A program made the position numbers and the translations under genes. From NCBI GenBank assembly GCA_027459725.1, contig DAIDHK010000005.1, forward strand, positions 17,612 to 81,611: 64,000 bases of DNA, read 5' to 3'. Shown here in pieces: positions 31,747 through 42,287 of the stretch (positions are counted from its first letter, which is position 1; every line of letters starts with the position of its first letter). The notes beneath the pieces were generated by a model, which worked only from the letters and a program-made list of their open reading frames with translations, did not search any database and was not told the origin of the DNA. The DNA is from Candidatus Levyibacteriota bacterium (GTDB lineage Bacteria > Patescibacteriota > Microgenomatia > Levybacterales > UBA12049).

Positions 31747-32916
31747 CTATTTAACTGTGAGTTGCTCGTCAAGAGGGACAATCTCAAACCACATATGACC
31801 ACGATTAAACTGAATTTCATTACCGTTCGTATCATAAAGTAATGTCCGATCTGTTCTGCTGGCTTTTTTCCAAGTTGCACTAATTTCTTTTCCATCCATA
31901 AATACATTCGCAGTCCCACTGCCTATTGTGCCATAGAGATTATGCAAGTTGTTTTCGTATCCATCATTAGCTGACTGCTGAGTCTCATAAAGTACGATAA
32001 TATCTTTGGCTGTCAACTGCTTATTTGTATCCCGGTCTATATGAGGTGTACCCCCGTTGAAACGAAGGTAGTCATCATTTTTTGCATCATATTTCCACTC
32101 CACCACATAATCAGGATCTCCCCAGAAAGGAACGGTAATATCTGAAGCAGTTGGATTGCTGGCAGGTGAATCATTTTTAAAGGTGTACTTCACAAAATTT
32201 GCATCCCAAGCATTTCCACTTTTATCGACATTGGTCAGACCACGACTCGCACCAACTGCCCACAACTTACTGGTTGTAGAATACATAGTGTGTTCTGTGG
32301 CAACAGGATGTCCCTGTCTAGTATCATCACGCCAATAAGTTGGATAACCTATCCCGAACTGGTTTAAATCATTATAACCATCCCATCCGTAGGAGGTAAT
32401 TTGACCCAAAGCATCGGCAGGTCCGGGTGTATTGGCCCCTCCAACATGAGCATAGAGTGGATTAGCGCCATATTCAGAAACATAGTCTACAAAATATGTC
32501 CTGGCTGAACGAACTGGTCCTACAATCCCAGCATCCTGACAGTAGTAGATATTTAACGTACGAGTAATTCCACCTTCAGCTACAGCTTCGTATGTAACAT
32601 CAGCAAATGAGATACCTGATTGTGGTCGTGCATCAATTTCATTTTCAATCATAACACCCAAAGGACGATGCTTTTCCCACCATGCCTGTTGACTAGCAGT
32701 GTACAATACGCCATTCAGAGGACAGGGCTGAGTTTTTGGTTGGGAGTTACTAAAACTCAATGCTTGTTTATCATTTGTTTGAGCTGGAATGTTCACAATA
32801 GGACGATTTTTATCCGCTATAACCTGGGAAGTATTAAAGAATAAGTATGAACCCACGGCCGAAACAATATATAACAGCAACCCGACTATTATGTATACAA
32901 GTTTTTTATTGTCCAT
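31747..32916 (-). CDS. DUF3048 domain-containing exported protein (YerB-like)
   Basis: N-terminal TM/signal, then RPQSGISFADVTYEAVAEGGITR and YFVDYV..., which resemble the conserved DUF3048 core. Confidence 0.6.
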   Translation of the reverse strand: MDNKKLVYIIVGLLLYIVSAVGSYLFFNTSQVIADKNRPIVNIPAQTNDKQALSFSNSQPKTQPCPLNGVLYTASQQAWWEKHRPLGVMIENEIDARPQSGISFADVTYEAVAEGGITRTLNIYYCQDAGIVGPVRSARTYFVDYVSEYGANPLYAHVGGANTPGPADALGQITSYGWDGYNDLNQFGIGYPTYWRDDTRQGHPVATEHTMYSTTSKLWAVGASRGLTNVDKSGNAWDANFVKYTFKNDSPASNPTASDITVPFWGDPDYVVEWKYDAKNDDYLRFNGGTPHIDRDTNKQLTAKDIIVLYETQQSANDGYENNLHNLYGTIGSGTANVFMDGKEISATWKKASRTDRTLLYDTNGNEIQFNRGHMWFEIVPLDEQLTVK

Positions 32917-32976
32917 GATAATTAGAATACAAAATTACAATTTATTTTACAAGTAGATATTTTTAAGCGTATAAAT

Positions 32977-33474
32977 CTACTTTTGTGTAAATGCGATCTC
33001 CTTATTCACCATCTCCCGATCATTAACAATATCTGCCATAGCAATAGCTTTTTTCTCCTCATCTGATAACTCATATTCAATTCCTTTTCCTTTAACAATT
33101 CGTTTAGCATACCAGCGTGTACCGGAACGTGCATACAAACCGGAAATCACAATCCCAGTATTAAATTTATCTAATAAGGCCAGTATAAAACTCTGATCTC
33201 CTCCAGTATCCTTGAAAGGGTTAAATCGCAATAAGCCGATTTTCTGAATATGGAAATTTTCTTGTTGTTCCAACATGGCGTCATTCTTTTCTAATTTTAC
33301 GATTTTTTCTTTGGTACTTTTGACCTCATGCATTAATTCATCAAGTGTAGCCTGTAGCGTATTTCGCTGTGATCCTCTTAGCAGGCTGTTATAATGCATT
33401 TTTAATTGTAAAAATAAATAGGTGAGAGCTGCTAACCAAATTACTAATACCGCAGAAATAATATAAGAAATCAT
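32977..33474 (-). CDS. DUF4446 family protein
   Basis: N-terminal TM, coiled segment, then IGLLRFNPFKDTGGDQSFILALLD...GIVISGLYARSGTRWYAKRI, characteristic of DUF4446. Confidence 0.55.
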   Translation of the reverse strand: MISYIISAVLVIWLAALTYLFLQLKMHYNSLLRGSQRNTLQATLDELMHEVKSTKEKIVKLEKNDAMLEQQENFHIQKIGLLRFNPFKDTGGDQSFILALLDKFNTGIVISGLYARSGTRWYAKRIVKGKGIEYELSDEEKKAIAMADIVNDREMVNKEIAFTQK

Positions 33475-33579
33475 ATATTTACAGCCACAAAATCATTTTT
33501 AAATTATACAATTAAGTTCGGCATTCTCATGTTAGACTCTTGACAGCTTCACTGTCAATAGTGTACGCTAGCCTCTATC

Positions 33580-33873
33580 ATGGCTAAACAGCGGAAAACC
33601 CGGAAAGAAAAACAACTTGCCGACATGAGAAAGAAAAATACAGTGTTCACTCCTTCTAGCGTAAGCACCTATTCTTATTCGTCCAGTTCAACAGTACCCC
33701 ATACTTCGTATAGTGCAACATCTCAGAATACGACTACACATGAATCTCCCACTACCTCTGTAATCTATAGGTTTGCCCTATCTGATCTAAGAAAGACATT
33801 TTTTATCACTCTTGCTATCGTTGTAGCACAAGCTGTGTTATATATGATTCAGATGCATACAAAATTATTTTAA
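33580..33873 (+). CDS. Hypothetical small protein, basic N-terminus, S/T-rich, C-terminal TM
   Basis: ORF only. Confidence 0.3.
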   Translation: MAKQRKTRKEKQLADMRKKNTVFTPSSVSTYSYSSSSTVPHTSYSATSQNTTTHESPTTSVIYRFALSDLRKTFFITLAIVVAQAVLYMIQMHTKLF

Positions 33874-33959
33874 ACATGACTACATCGACCTGCTGTTTTA
33901 TTTCCCAAGACCAAAGTTATCAGCATATCTATTTTTCTGAGAGGAGGTGACTTATACCT

Positions 33960-34109
33960 ATGGCAGCAACAATGTACTGTGTAAAATGTCGTGCAAAGAG
34001 AGATGTAGAAAATCCTGAGCACGTAACAATGAAGAACGGCAAGCCTGCAATGAAAGGCAAATGCCCAGTTTGCGGAACAGCAATGTTCAAAATTGGTGGC
34101 AGTAAATAA
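33960..34109 (+). CDS. DUF5679-type zinc-ribbon micro-protein (49 aa)
   Basis: MAATMYCVKCRAKRDVENPEHVTMKNGKPAMKGKCPVCGTAMFKIGGSK; CxxC...CxxC pattern. Strong SD GAGGAGGTGA 8 nt upstream. It is below the ORF-track size cutoff. Confidence 0.7.
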   Translation: MAATMYCVKCRAKRDVENPEHVTMKNGKPAMKGKCPVCGTAMFKIGGSK

Positions 34110-34147
34110 CGTTCTTCATGCTGTTAACAGCATGATTATCGAAACTT

Positions 34148-34186
34148 AAAAACCCCGCTCGTTTGTAGTGGGGTTTTTATTTTTGG
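34148..34186 (+). terminator. Rho-independent terminator downstream of the DUF5679 gene
   Basis: AACCCCGCTCGTTTGTAGTGGGGTT hairpin followed by TTTTATTTTT. Confidence 0.6.
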
Positions 34187-34788
34187 ATCAAAAATCATGG
34201 AAAGATATTTCTTATACTTATATTTATTTACTGAGGTTATGGTATTAAATACAGCTTCATTCAAGACAAATCTCATGCCTATTTGCCAAAAGATCTCCAA
34301 GGATTAAGAATACTCGGTTCCTCAACGGAATCTTACCGCTGCTTTTTAACATATTCAGTTATCATTTTGGCGTCAACTTATTCTGAGGTTATGACAAAGA
34401 TTCCATCAGCACATAATGTTGCTCCCCAGTATATTACATCCAAATCAGGGAACAATTCCCTCAGCTTATTTGACGTTCCACCTTTAATAATTTTCATCAC
34501 CTCACTGGGTACCCATTTTGGTCATGCTCCGATATACAAATGAGCATGGTCTGGTTGTATCGCAATCTCAAATATTCCCCACTCATGAATCTGAGCTGCA
34601 AACCGTATCATCCCTTCCAATCGCTTCTTTATTTTGCCACTCAGTACTCACTTGTAATTCCTCCCAACAATGACAAAATGACATCTCAAGTCGTACTTTG
34701 TTGGTGCCGTAGACTTTTAGCCTTTCAGAATTTGTGAAAGTGATTTACAGCCAAAGTGTTTTACAACCCTAGGATAGTCGCTACCTTA

Positions 34789-35301
34789 TTATATTTTATT
34801 ATTAAAATCAATAGTTTTAACCTTACCGTTTTTAACAATGTTCAAAATACCCGGAGGAGTACTATTTATAAAAAAATCTTTAAAGGTAAATTTCTCTCCT
34901 GAGAATAATTTGATTAATGCAACTATGACAATGCTATGAGTACAAATGATAATATTTTCATAATTAGAGGACTCCAATTCTTTTATCAAATGCCTCACTC
35001 GTTTTCTAAAAATCCATGCTGGTTCCATAACATTTTCGTTTAATCTTTTATCGTATTCAAATTTTTTACCAGTGATCTTACTAACTATTTCTACAGTTTC
35101 TCTACAACGCAAAAACTCAGAGCATATATTAAGATCTGAAGGTATCTTTTTTAAATAGATTGCTAATTTTTCCGTCGTTGGTCTACCTAATGGCAAGATA
35201 TGTGCAGAAAATACTTTAAATCCATATGTCCTGAACCATCGCTTTGATTGAGTAACGAATGTTTCAGAATGTCTAAAGATATAATATGTTTTTGTTTTCA
35301 T
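34789..35301 (-). CDS. Histidine phosphatase superfamily protein (phosphoglycerate mutase-like)
   Basis: N-terminal YIFRHSET (RHG-type catalytic motif variant) and a C-terminal catalytic His in IIICTHS (the conserved tHg-type motif); 170 aa. Confidence 0.5.
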   Translation of the reverse strand: MKTKTYYIFRHSETFVTQSKRWFRTYGFKVFSAHILPLGRPTTEKLAIYLKKIPSDLNICSEFLRCRETVEIVSKITGKKFEYDKRLNENVMEPAWIFRKRVRHLIKELESSNYENIIICTHSIVIVALIKLFSGEKFTFKDFFINSTPPGILNIVKNGKVKTIDFNNKI

Positions 35302-35366
35302 ATACTTTTATACTGCAGTCTTACCTAAATATAAAGTGTTTAAATAATCTAATATTTTTATTCTAA

Positions 35367-36317
35367 TTATAAAAATCCCGCTTTTTTAATTGATTGCGAA
35401 AAACCACAGATAATGTTCAAACACGCCGCATTTATTTTATAACTAACCGGTGTCTGACCAAATAATGTCGCACCTGCATGAACAGCTATAGGTTGTTTTG
35501 TGGATATGTTAAGAGTTTTTGTCTGAAACTTAGTGATACGTCTACTATCAGATTTTTGATTAAATATTAAATTAAAAAAATATCTCAGAGTTGACCATTG
35601 GCTCATATTATAAATTACTACCGTCAAATAATGATTATTTAATTTAGCTCCCGGTGCAAGCTTCAAACCGGCACCAGTAATAGGCCCATTAGCTATTACT
35701 ACTAAATTCGCTTTAGTCTCAATAACTTTATTATCCAATTCTAATTTGACTTGAAATCTATGAGATTTGAAAATTATACGTAATAAAGGAATAATTTCTC
35801 CAAAATGTTTTTTTTCAAATTGATCAAAATGTCTTTGAAACTCAGCATCAAGTCCCACGCCGGAGGTTTCAATGAAATAATATGGTTTTGCTAAAGATTT
35901 CCCTTTAATCACTGTCAGTGTTCCCAGATCCATTTTAATAACTCTTTTAATTTTGACCAATTCAATTGATTGTTCAATATCTCTTGGTATTGCCATCATT
36001 CGTGCTGTGTTTACAAATGTACCAAGTGGAATGATTCCTAAGATTACATTAGAATTAACTAAACCATTTGCTACTTCATTGATAGTACCATCCCCACCTG
36101 CAGCCAGCACAATTTGATATCTTTTTCTGACAGCATTCCTGGCTAGCACCGTTGCATCTCCTTCACTTTTTGTAATTGCATAGTCTGCCTTCAAAAAATA
36201 TTTTTTCATTATGGATTTAATATCTTTAATGGATATTTTATAACCCTTGCCAACCAGTTCTCTTTTTTCTCCAGCATGAGGATTAAATATGATAAGAATT
36301 TTATTTTTCTTTTTCAT
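35367..36317 (-). CDS. Lipid kinase, DAGK_cat family (YegS/BmrU-like)
   Basis: ILIIFNPHAGEKR N-terminus and the glycine-rich AAGGDGTINEV motif. Confidence 0.75.
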   Translation of the reverse strand: MKKKNKILIIFNPHAGEKRELVGKGYKISIKDIKSIMKKYFLKADYAITKSEGDATVLARNAVRKRYQIVLAAGGDGTINEVANGLVNSNVILGIIPLGTFVNTARMMAIPRDIEQSIELVKIKRVIKMDLGTLTVIKGKSLAKPYYFIETSGVGLDAEFQRHFDQFEKKHFGEIIPLLRIIFKSHRFQVKLELDNKVIETKANLVVIANGPITGAGLKLAPGAKLNNHYLTVVIYNMSQWSTLRYFFNLIFNQKSDSRRITKFQTKTLNISTKQPIAVHAGATLFGQTPVSYKINAACLNIICGFSQSIKKAGFL

Positions 36318-36578
36318 TTTATTAATTAATTTTCAATAAGTATAAATCTTAATTATAAAAATCATTGAGTAATATTCAAATAGAAATGTATTAATATGCT
36401 ATGTTGAATATACCTTGATATATGCCAGAATCATAAACTAAAAACTGTAGGAGCAATTTCAATTAAACTTTAGACGTATATGACCAATGAAACTAGAATA
36501 ATTTATATTAACATACATTAAAATTTAGTGATAAAAAAATCTTGAGAACCCACATAATCTAACTATAAGGAACCCTAA

Positions 36579-36644
36579 ATCCCAAAGGAATGTTATCTAC
36601 CTGCTTTGAAAACGACAAGTTTCAAAATTGATGGTAGTAAATAG
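36579..36644 (+). pseudogene. Remnant of a second DUF5679 micro-gene (C-terminal fragment only)
   Basis: Translation IPKECYLPALKTTSFKIDGSK* matches the C-terminus ...CPVCGTAMFKIGGSK* of the gene at 33960. The nucleotides also match: ttcaaaattgatggtagtaaatag vs ttcaaaattggtggcagtaaataa. There is no start codon. Confidence 0.4.
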
Positions 36645-36768
36645 CGTTTCTCCAGCATTAATAAACATCTTTCGTTAAAATTTACACTGTATTGTAGGGT
36701 TTTATATTATAAAATAATTTGAAAAATTAGATCAATAAAACTCTCCTTTGCGAATTTATATCGGGCGC

Positions 36769-37791
36769 CTATTTATATAAAGGATTGGCAATTGCCTTTT
36801 TGAATGCATCCAGTGAGGACTGATTTATATTTACTATCCAGTTTACATTCTCCTGTTTGCTTCTATCCTCATTATATATAACTACGGCTGATATTTTAGG
36901 GAAATTATACGGAATTTGTTTATTCAGCATATCTGTATACCATTCAGCCTTATTACCACCCACATTAGTAGTATTAACCTCTGCCAACATCAATGGTTTA
37001 CCAGGAGCAATGGTGGTTAGTATATTATATGAACTGCCAAATACTCCACTAAAGCTTACCCAGGAACTCCATGATTGTGAAGTTCCCCAATTATACCCGT
37101 CCAATCCCAGCCAATCTACATAATTATTTCCTGGATAAATATCTTTATAGGGATAAATTGCCGTATTAGGAACATTAGGACAAAACACCCAAACAATATT
37201 TTTAACTCCCTCTGATTTGAAGATATTATGAATATGTCTCCAGGCAAGAATAAAATCCCTTTTCGTACTGCCGGTATATGCTATGCTCCACTGATTTTGC
37301 GGATTATTCATCTCCCATGCAAAGACTAAAAAAAAGGGCTGGTCTATTTTACTCAAATTTTTTCCAGCCGCCTTTAAAAACGTATCGCATTTTCCCTGTG
37401 CGATAGCAGAATATAAAGGCAATTTTGATGAAGGACATTGAGGGAAATAATAAGGATTGACATTTAGCATTGGCTCCCATCCAAACTTACGAATTGTAGA
37501 AAATTGTCTTATTAATACCGGATCCGATAGATACTGCCAGCCCAGATAATAATGTGCAATTGCCACTTTTTTGCCTATCATCGTTTCAAAATCCGTAAGT
37601 TTTTGTGGGTTTAACGTTTGAGTAGCCGGATTATAAAAACCCTGAGTCCATGCGCCTACCATCACTTGTCGTTTACTACCACTATTTTTATTTACAGATG
37701 AATAGTTATGCAAAGCGATTGCTATAATAAGAAATAATACTATTAATACGAACGAAGTTATGGCTAAATATTTCTTGTTTATAATCATCAT
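36769..37791 (-). CDS. GH26-like glycoside hydrolase (beta-mannanase-like), exported
   Basis: N-terminal TM/signal. FLVFAWEMNNPQNQW resembles the GH26 acid/base region (R..HEMN..W). Candidate nucleophile region PLMLAEVN. Paralog of 48756-49700 (shared AWRH..N.FK..GV.N. WV). Confidence 0.55.
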   Translation of the reverse strand: MMIINKKYLAITSFVLIVLFLIIAIALHNYSSVNKNSGSKRQVMVGAWTQGFYNPATQTLNPQKLTDFETMIGKKVAIAHYYLGWQYLSDPVLIRQFSTIRKFGWEPMLNVNPYYFPQCPSSKLPLYSAIAQGKCDTFLKAAGKNLSKIDQPFFLVFAWEMNNPQNQWSIAYTGSTKRDFILAWRHIHNIFKSEGVKNIVWVFCPNVPNTAIYPYKDIYPGNNYVDWLGLDGYNWGTSQSWSSWVSFSGVFGSSYNILTTIAPGKPLMLAEVNTTNVGGNKAEWYTDMLNKQIPYNFPKISAVVIYNEDRSKQENVNWIVNINQSSLDAFKKAIANPLYK

Positions 37792-37819
37792 TTAGTAATT
37801 AAAACTATTATACATACGG

Positions 37820-40800
37820 CTAAAAAATACTAACTCCATTTCCTGCAGATGCAGGAGGACAATCGTTATTTTTATTCGGATCATATTTTTTGAAATAATC
37901 GATGGCACTAGTTTTGTTAGTAATTTGATATTTGTCTTTGGTTTTATAGTTATATATTAATAGATTTTTATACGGATAAAATGATTTAAAAGTATATATT
38001 TCAGTAGCTATTCCATTATTTTTCACTTCTAGTCTTGGTGTAACTACATCGGCACGTATTGTCGGATCGTGATAGATAGTCTGTAACGCGCCTTTTAAAT
38101 CCCATTGAGATTCAAACACAATACCGGGTCCATTATAAGGGCATATCCCATCCAGGATGATTGTACTGTTTTTAGGCAATTGAGTAAAATGTCTATGAAT
38201 ATCAGCCAAAACAGTTTTACTTCTATAATAAGCGCCTGTCCAAAAACCTGCCAAGGTGCTTATGACGATAAATCCGCCGGTGGCAATGATTGTTGTAGAC
38301 ATACAAAACAGCCAACGAACTAGTTCATCACTTCGTCCCAATCTGGCAATTAATCCTACGATTCCAATAAAAACAAATGCGACACCTATAGCTGCAGCAA
38401 TAGTTACCCGATTATCTATACCCGTTGGTGAAAAACCTATTTCGTTAGTAGCAAGAAATATAGCATACCCAAAGTAAAAGACTATTATCCCTGCCAGTAT
38501 TATACCCAGCATATAGCCTGAATTGGGTATTGGATTCTGTCTTGCAGAGGTAACATAGTATAAATAAAGAAATACTAACATGTATAAAATAGAAGCAATA
38601 ACAAGTGTTTGTAAAGATGTATATTGAATAATCGATTTTATCCAGACGTAAGGAAGATGCGCTCCCAAACTAATAAAGTTGGTATGAAAAATGGAAGTGA
38701 TTAGGTTCATACCAGCCGAAGTATAGTTAAATTTTCCAAGTCTGATTGTAGTTTTCATTTTAAATACAATCAGATAAGCTATTGCTATTAAGTTGATGGC
38801 GATAAAAACAGCAGGGCTCTCATCTTTAAACTTCTTTAATGACTGAACTGCTTTTTTTCTATTGGCATATATCCAAAATAGAAATATATTTACAGCAACT
38901 AATGGTAAAGCGACTTCATAGGACAAAATACTTAAAACCAAACTAACTACACTCATCAGTTGCCATAAATTTGAGTGTTTTGTTTTTAAGGCAAAGGCTT
39001 GAAGTCCGCAGAATAGGCTAATCAGGAAAAACATTAGACTAAGATTTACCTGAAATGCCGCATACCAGAAACGATCAGTGGAATAATTTGGTAAAAGACC
39101 ATAAATAAGAGAAATAGATAAAGAGATTATTCTGGGTATTCCAAGTTTTCTTAAAACTGCGTATAGTACAACTACAGCAATCATAAACACTAAAGAATTT
39201 ACAATCTGATAACCAAGAGGGTTTAATTTAAAAAAATAAAACAAAATAGCATCATAGATATTTTGTATAGGACGCATTAAAGTATTAGGTGTAGTGGCTG
39301 TTAGAAATAATCCAGGAAGAGTTTGATTACGAGAAAGTATAAAATTACCTAAAAATGACCAGTCATCGCTATAAAATCCTATTTTACTTACATATTCGAG
39401 GCAGGATATAGATATAACAACGATTAAGAATATTGTATCCTGAATACCCGCTTTAACCTGTAAACGATTTACAGGAAATAACCTGTAAACTGAACTGGAA
39501 TAATTATTGAGTTTAACCATAGCCCTTGCCAAAAAGCTGCTTATAGGTACTGATAACATTAAGACAGCTGATAAAACAGCCCATGAGATCATAATAAGAT
39601 TATCTCTATGGGTTAACGTAGAAGATGCAAGTCCACTAAATGCAATTCCAGCGAATGCATAATGGGGCAGAAATATTTTATTTGAAGTTTTAATATCTCC
39701 GTCTAATTTTCCTTTAGGAGTAACTTTATAAACTATCTGCTTACCCATTATTACATTTATAAAAGCTAAAAACCAGATTGGCCATGCAGCAATGCTTATT
39801 ATCTTCCCGGCCAGCAATAATTCCCCTTGCTTGTGCCGATCAGTGTTAAAGCGCTGCAGCCATACTGACATTAGCCAACTAAGAACCAACACAACTGAAT
39901 AAAATGTGAAAAATTGGAAGACATCCACGCTGGCAGTGCGCCAACCAAAAATAAAATAGAGACTTAGTAAAATAATACTTAATGCCATTATTACACCGGT
40001 AAAATAATGCTGCTGAAGCAGTAGATAATACATCGATTGACGTAATCCCAGTTTTTTTAAATATCTGGGTGTATGCTTGAGTAAGATATCTATACAACCA
40101 TAAGCCCACCGGAATTGCTGACTAAAGTATGCCTCCCAGGAAGACGGACCTTCACCGAGAGCCAATATTTGCGGAACATAGATACTTTTAAAGCCGTTAG
40201 CATGAAGTTTCATGCCAGTTATCAAATCTTCAGTTATGTGTGCAGTATAATGATTAACTTTTTTAAATGCAGATACTCTTATGACATGGTTTGCCCCTAT
40301 TAGAAGCGTCATCCCCATGCCACTTAACCCCCGTAAGACTACTCCATAGAAGTTATATTGCTGTTCGGAAGCACCTTTAGCCACAACTGATGAATTAGCA
40401 TTCCCATAAACTTGAGGCGTACCTACAAATGCGACTCTTGGATTTCTAAAATATCCTAGTGTTTTAGTAAGGAAATCATGATGCGGAATAAAATCAGTGT
40501 CAATCTGCGCAACAAAATCATAATCATTGCCATAAGTATCATACCAGGAATTATGATTACCTCCTTTGGTCTTTGTATACTTTCCCCTTTTAGTGTTGAA
40601 GTTATCAATCCCCTGTCGGCTAAAATGTTTTACTCCGTATAACTTACATATATTTTTAACGTCTTGACTATTACCTTCGTCCAGTAACCACGTATCATGA
40701 GGATAACTTGCATTTACCATAGCTGGCAGACATTTATGTAATAATTCTATCGGCTCATTTTGCGGGACAATAGTAGTTATAAACGCAACCCTTCTATTAG

Positions 40801-41062
40801 GAATTGGCTTTTTTGCAGGATTATCTCTAATATTTGACGAGACACTCCAGGTCAGTACTTCCATTATAATTGGATGCCAGATTATATAACTGACAAGAAT
40901 AAACAGAATTACATCAAAAAATCTGAATTTACCAGAAAAATTATGAGGAATATGAATTGGATCAAACCACCAGATGGCAAAAGCAAAAACAATGACCAAC
41001 GAGATAGTTAATAAAATGCTTTGAATTATTTTATTAATCTTATATTTGCTTATTTTATGCAT
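37820..41062 (-). CDS. Processive family-2 glycosyltransferase (cellulose-synthase-like) with a very large polytopic C-terminal extension
   Basis: GT2 core with D,D and IDTDF motifs and QQFRWAYG (QxxRW). About 1080 aa and roughly 20 or more TM helices. Homologous over the catalytic core to 47000-48742. Confidence 0.75.
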   Translation of the reverse strand: MHKISKYKINKIIQSILLTISLVIVFAFAIWWFDPIHIPHNFSGKFRFFDVILFILVSYIIWHPIIMEVLTWSVSSNIRDNPAKKPIPNRRVAFITTIVPQNEPIELLHKCLPAMVNASYPHDTWLLDEGNSQDVKNICKLYGVKHFSRQGIDNFNTKRGKYTKTKGGNHNSWYDTYGNDYDFVAQIDTDFIPHHDFLTKTLGYFRNPRVAFVGTPQVYGNANSSVVAKGASEQQYNFYGVVLRGLSGMGMTLLIGANHVIRVSAFKKVNHYTAHITEDLITGMKLHANGFKSIYVPQILALGEGPSSWEAYFSQQFRWAYGCIDILLKHTPRYLKKLGLRQSMYYLLLQQHYFTGVIMALSIILLSLYFIFGWRTASVDVFQFFTFYSVVLVLSWLMSVWLQRFNTDRHKQGELLLAGKIISIAAWPIWFLAFINVIMGKQIVYKVTPKGKLDGDIKTSNKIFLPHYAFAGIAFSGLASSTLTHRDNLIMISWAVLSAVLMLSVPISSFLARAMVKLNNYSSSVYRLFPVNRLQVKAGIQDTIFLIVVISISCLEYVSKIGFYSDDWSFLGNFILSRNQTLPGLFLTATTPNTLMRPIQNIYDAILFYFFKLNPLGYQIVNSLVFMIAVVVLYAVLRKLGIPRIISLSISLIYGLLPNYSTDRFWYAAFQVNLSLMFFLISLFCGLQAFALKTKHSNLWQLMSVVSLVLSILSYEVALPLVAVNIFLFWIYANRKKAVQSLKKFKDESPAVFIAINLIAIAYLIVFKMKTTIRLGKFNYTSAGMNLITSIFHTNFISLGAHLPYVWIKSIIQYTSLQTLVIASILYMLVFLYLYYVTSARQNPIPNSGYMLGIILAGIIVFYFGYAIFLATNEIGFSPTGIDNRVTIAAAIGVAFVFIGIVGLIARLGRSDELVRWLFCMSTTIIATGGFIVISTLAGFWTGAYYRSKTVLADIHRHFTQLPKNSTIILDGICPYNGPGIVFESQWDLKGALQTIYHDPTIRADVVTPRLEVKNNGIATEIYTFKSFYPYKNLLIYNYKTKDKYQITNKTSAIDYFKKYDPNKNNDCPPASAGNGVSIF

Positions 41063-41539
41063 ACTCTATTGAAAGGATAAAGAGAATTTATTGCTACATA
41101 ACATTAGATCTTTAGCTTCTGTTCAGACTAAAATAGTTGCTTTAAAAGACAATTTTTATGTAAATAGATCAATTTTCAAGAAAAATGTAGTAAATTATTG
41201 CTCAGTCATTGATACATAACTGAGCAGTTTTTTTAGTCGTATTTATTTAAAGAGGCTTTACCTTAAACTAATCTGAGTAAGATTACAAGCTGAACATAAA
41301 CATACTGATGCGTATCTCACAATTTATTTATATAAACATAACATAATTCTTACATATTTTTTGTATTAACTTTTATAATCAAAAATAGAGAGTGTAATTA
41401 AATAATCTGATAAATGATTTATGGAAAATATAAAAAGTGACAAGTATAAACATCATACTAAGCTTATAATTATTGTTTATTATTAATTATCTAGTGACAA
41501 CTGTCACTGTTTATAAATTCCTTTTATGTTATTTTTCCA

Positions 41540-42151
41540 ATGCAAATTATTATGAAATATTTCGTAATTACTGCGATAACTTTAGTTGCAATTTTCTTCT
41601 CAACACAAAAATCTATTGCTCAGGGCATTCATGCCCCAGGGGCAGGAATGTCAAATCCTTCTTTAAAAATGCAGAATCAGGGTTCCGGACTTGGTCTACA
41701 GAATAATTCCATATCTATATACCAGCAATCAGATACACCTATAATGGAGCGTGATAGGGCTATGGATCAGGATAGAACGAGACTAACATTACAACAACTT
41801 CTGCAAACTCAGCAAAATATATCAGGTATTGATCCGCAATTAGAAGCATTAGCTAATCAGCTTAATACATCTATGCAATCTACCATTAATGCTGAAAATA
41901 AAATCAGAGCTCGCAATTTTTTTGTCAGTTTCTTCTTTGGTGGTGATAAAACAACAGCACAGCAAATGCTACAAACCGTTTCGCAGAATCAGCAAAGGAT
42001 TCGTCAAATGCAACAAATTGTTGATGATTGCCAATGTAACGAACAATTAAAGACAAGGTTGTATACTCAACTACAAACTATGACTGCTGATCAAGTTCGT
42101 TTGATGCAAATGGCAAAAGAAGAGTTAAATAGAAGAGGAATTTTCAGCTAA
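41540..42151 (+). CDS. Secreted Q/N-rich hypothetical protein
   Basis: Signal peptide (MKYFVITAITLVAIFFSTQKSIA) then a Q-rich helical region. The likely start is the internal Met at 41552. Confidence 0.45.
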   Translation: MQIIMKYFVITAITLVAIFFSTQKSIAQGIHAPGAGMSNPSLKMQNQGSGLGLQNNSISIYQQSDTPIMERDRAMDQDRTRLTLQQLLQTQQNISGIDPQLEALANQLNTSMQSTINAENKIRARNFFVSFFFGGDKTTAQQMLQTVSQNQQRIRQMQQIVDDCQCNEQLKTRLYTQLQTMTADQVRLMQMAKEELNRRGIFS

Positions 42152-42287
42152 CTTATACATAAATATCCAAAATTATTTAATGTACAATTCTTCTTCACCC
42201 TATCTATCTAATATAAAAATTGTTATCTGTTATCATTAAAAAGATAAACAAACCCGAACAGAGGTTATAAAAAACATAATTCTAATA

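Noticed and set aside
34283-34737. Two consecutive + strand ORFs (86 and 65 aa) in the 600-nt gap after the DUF5679 terminator
   Set aside because: No SD, no motifs, odd composition. The region looks non-coding or decayed. A 39-aa minus-strand ORF here also has its SD abutting the ATG.
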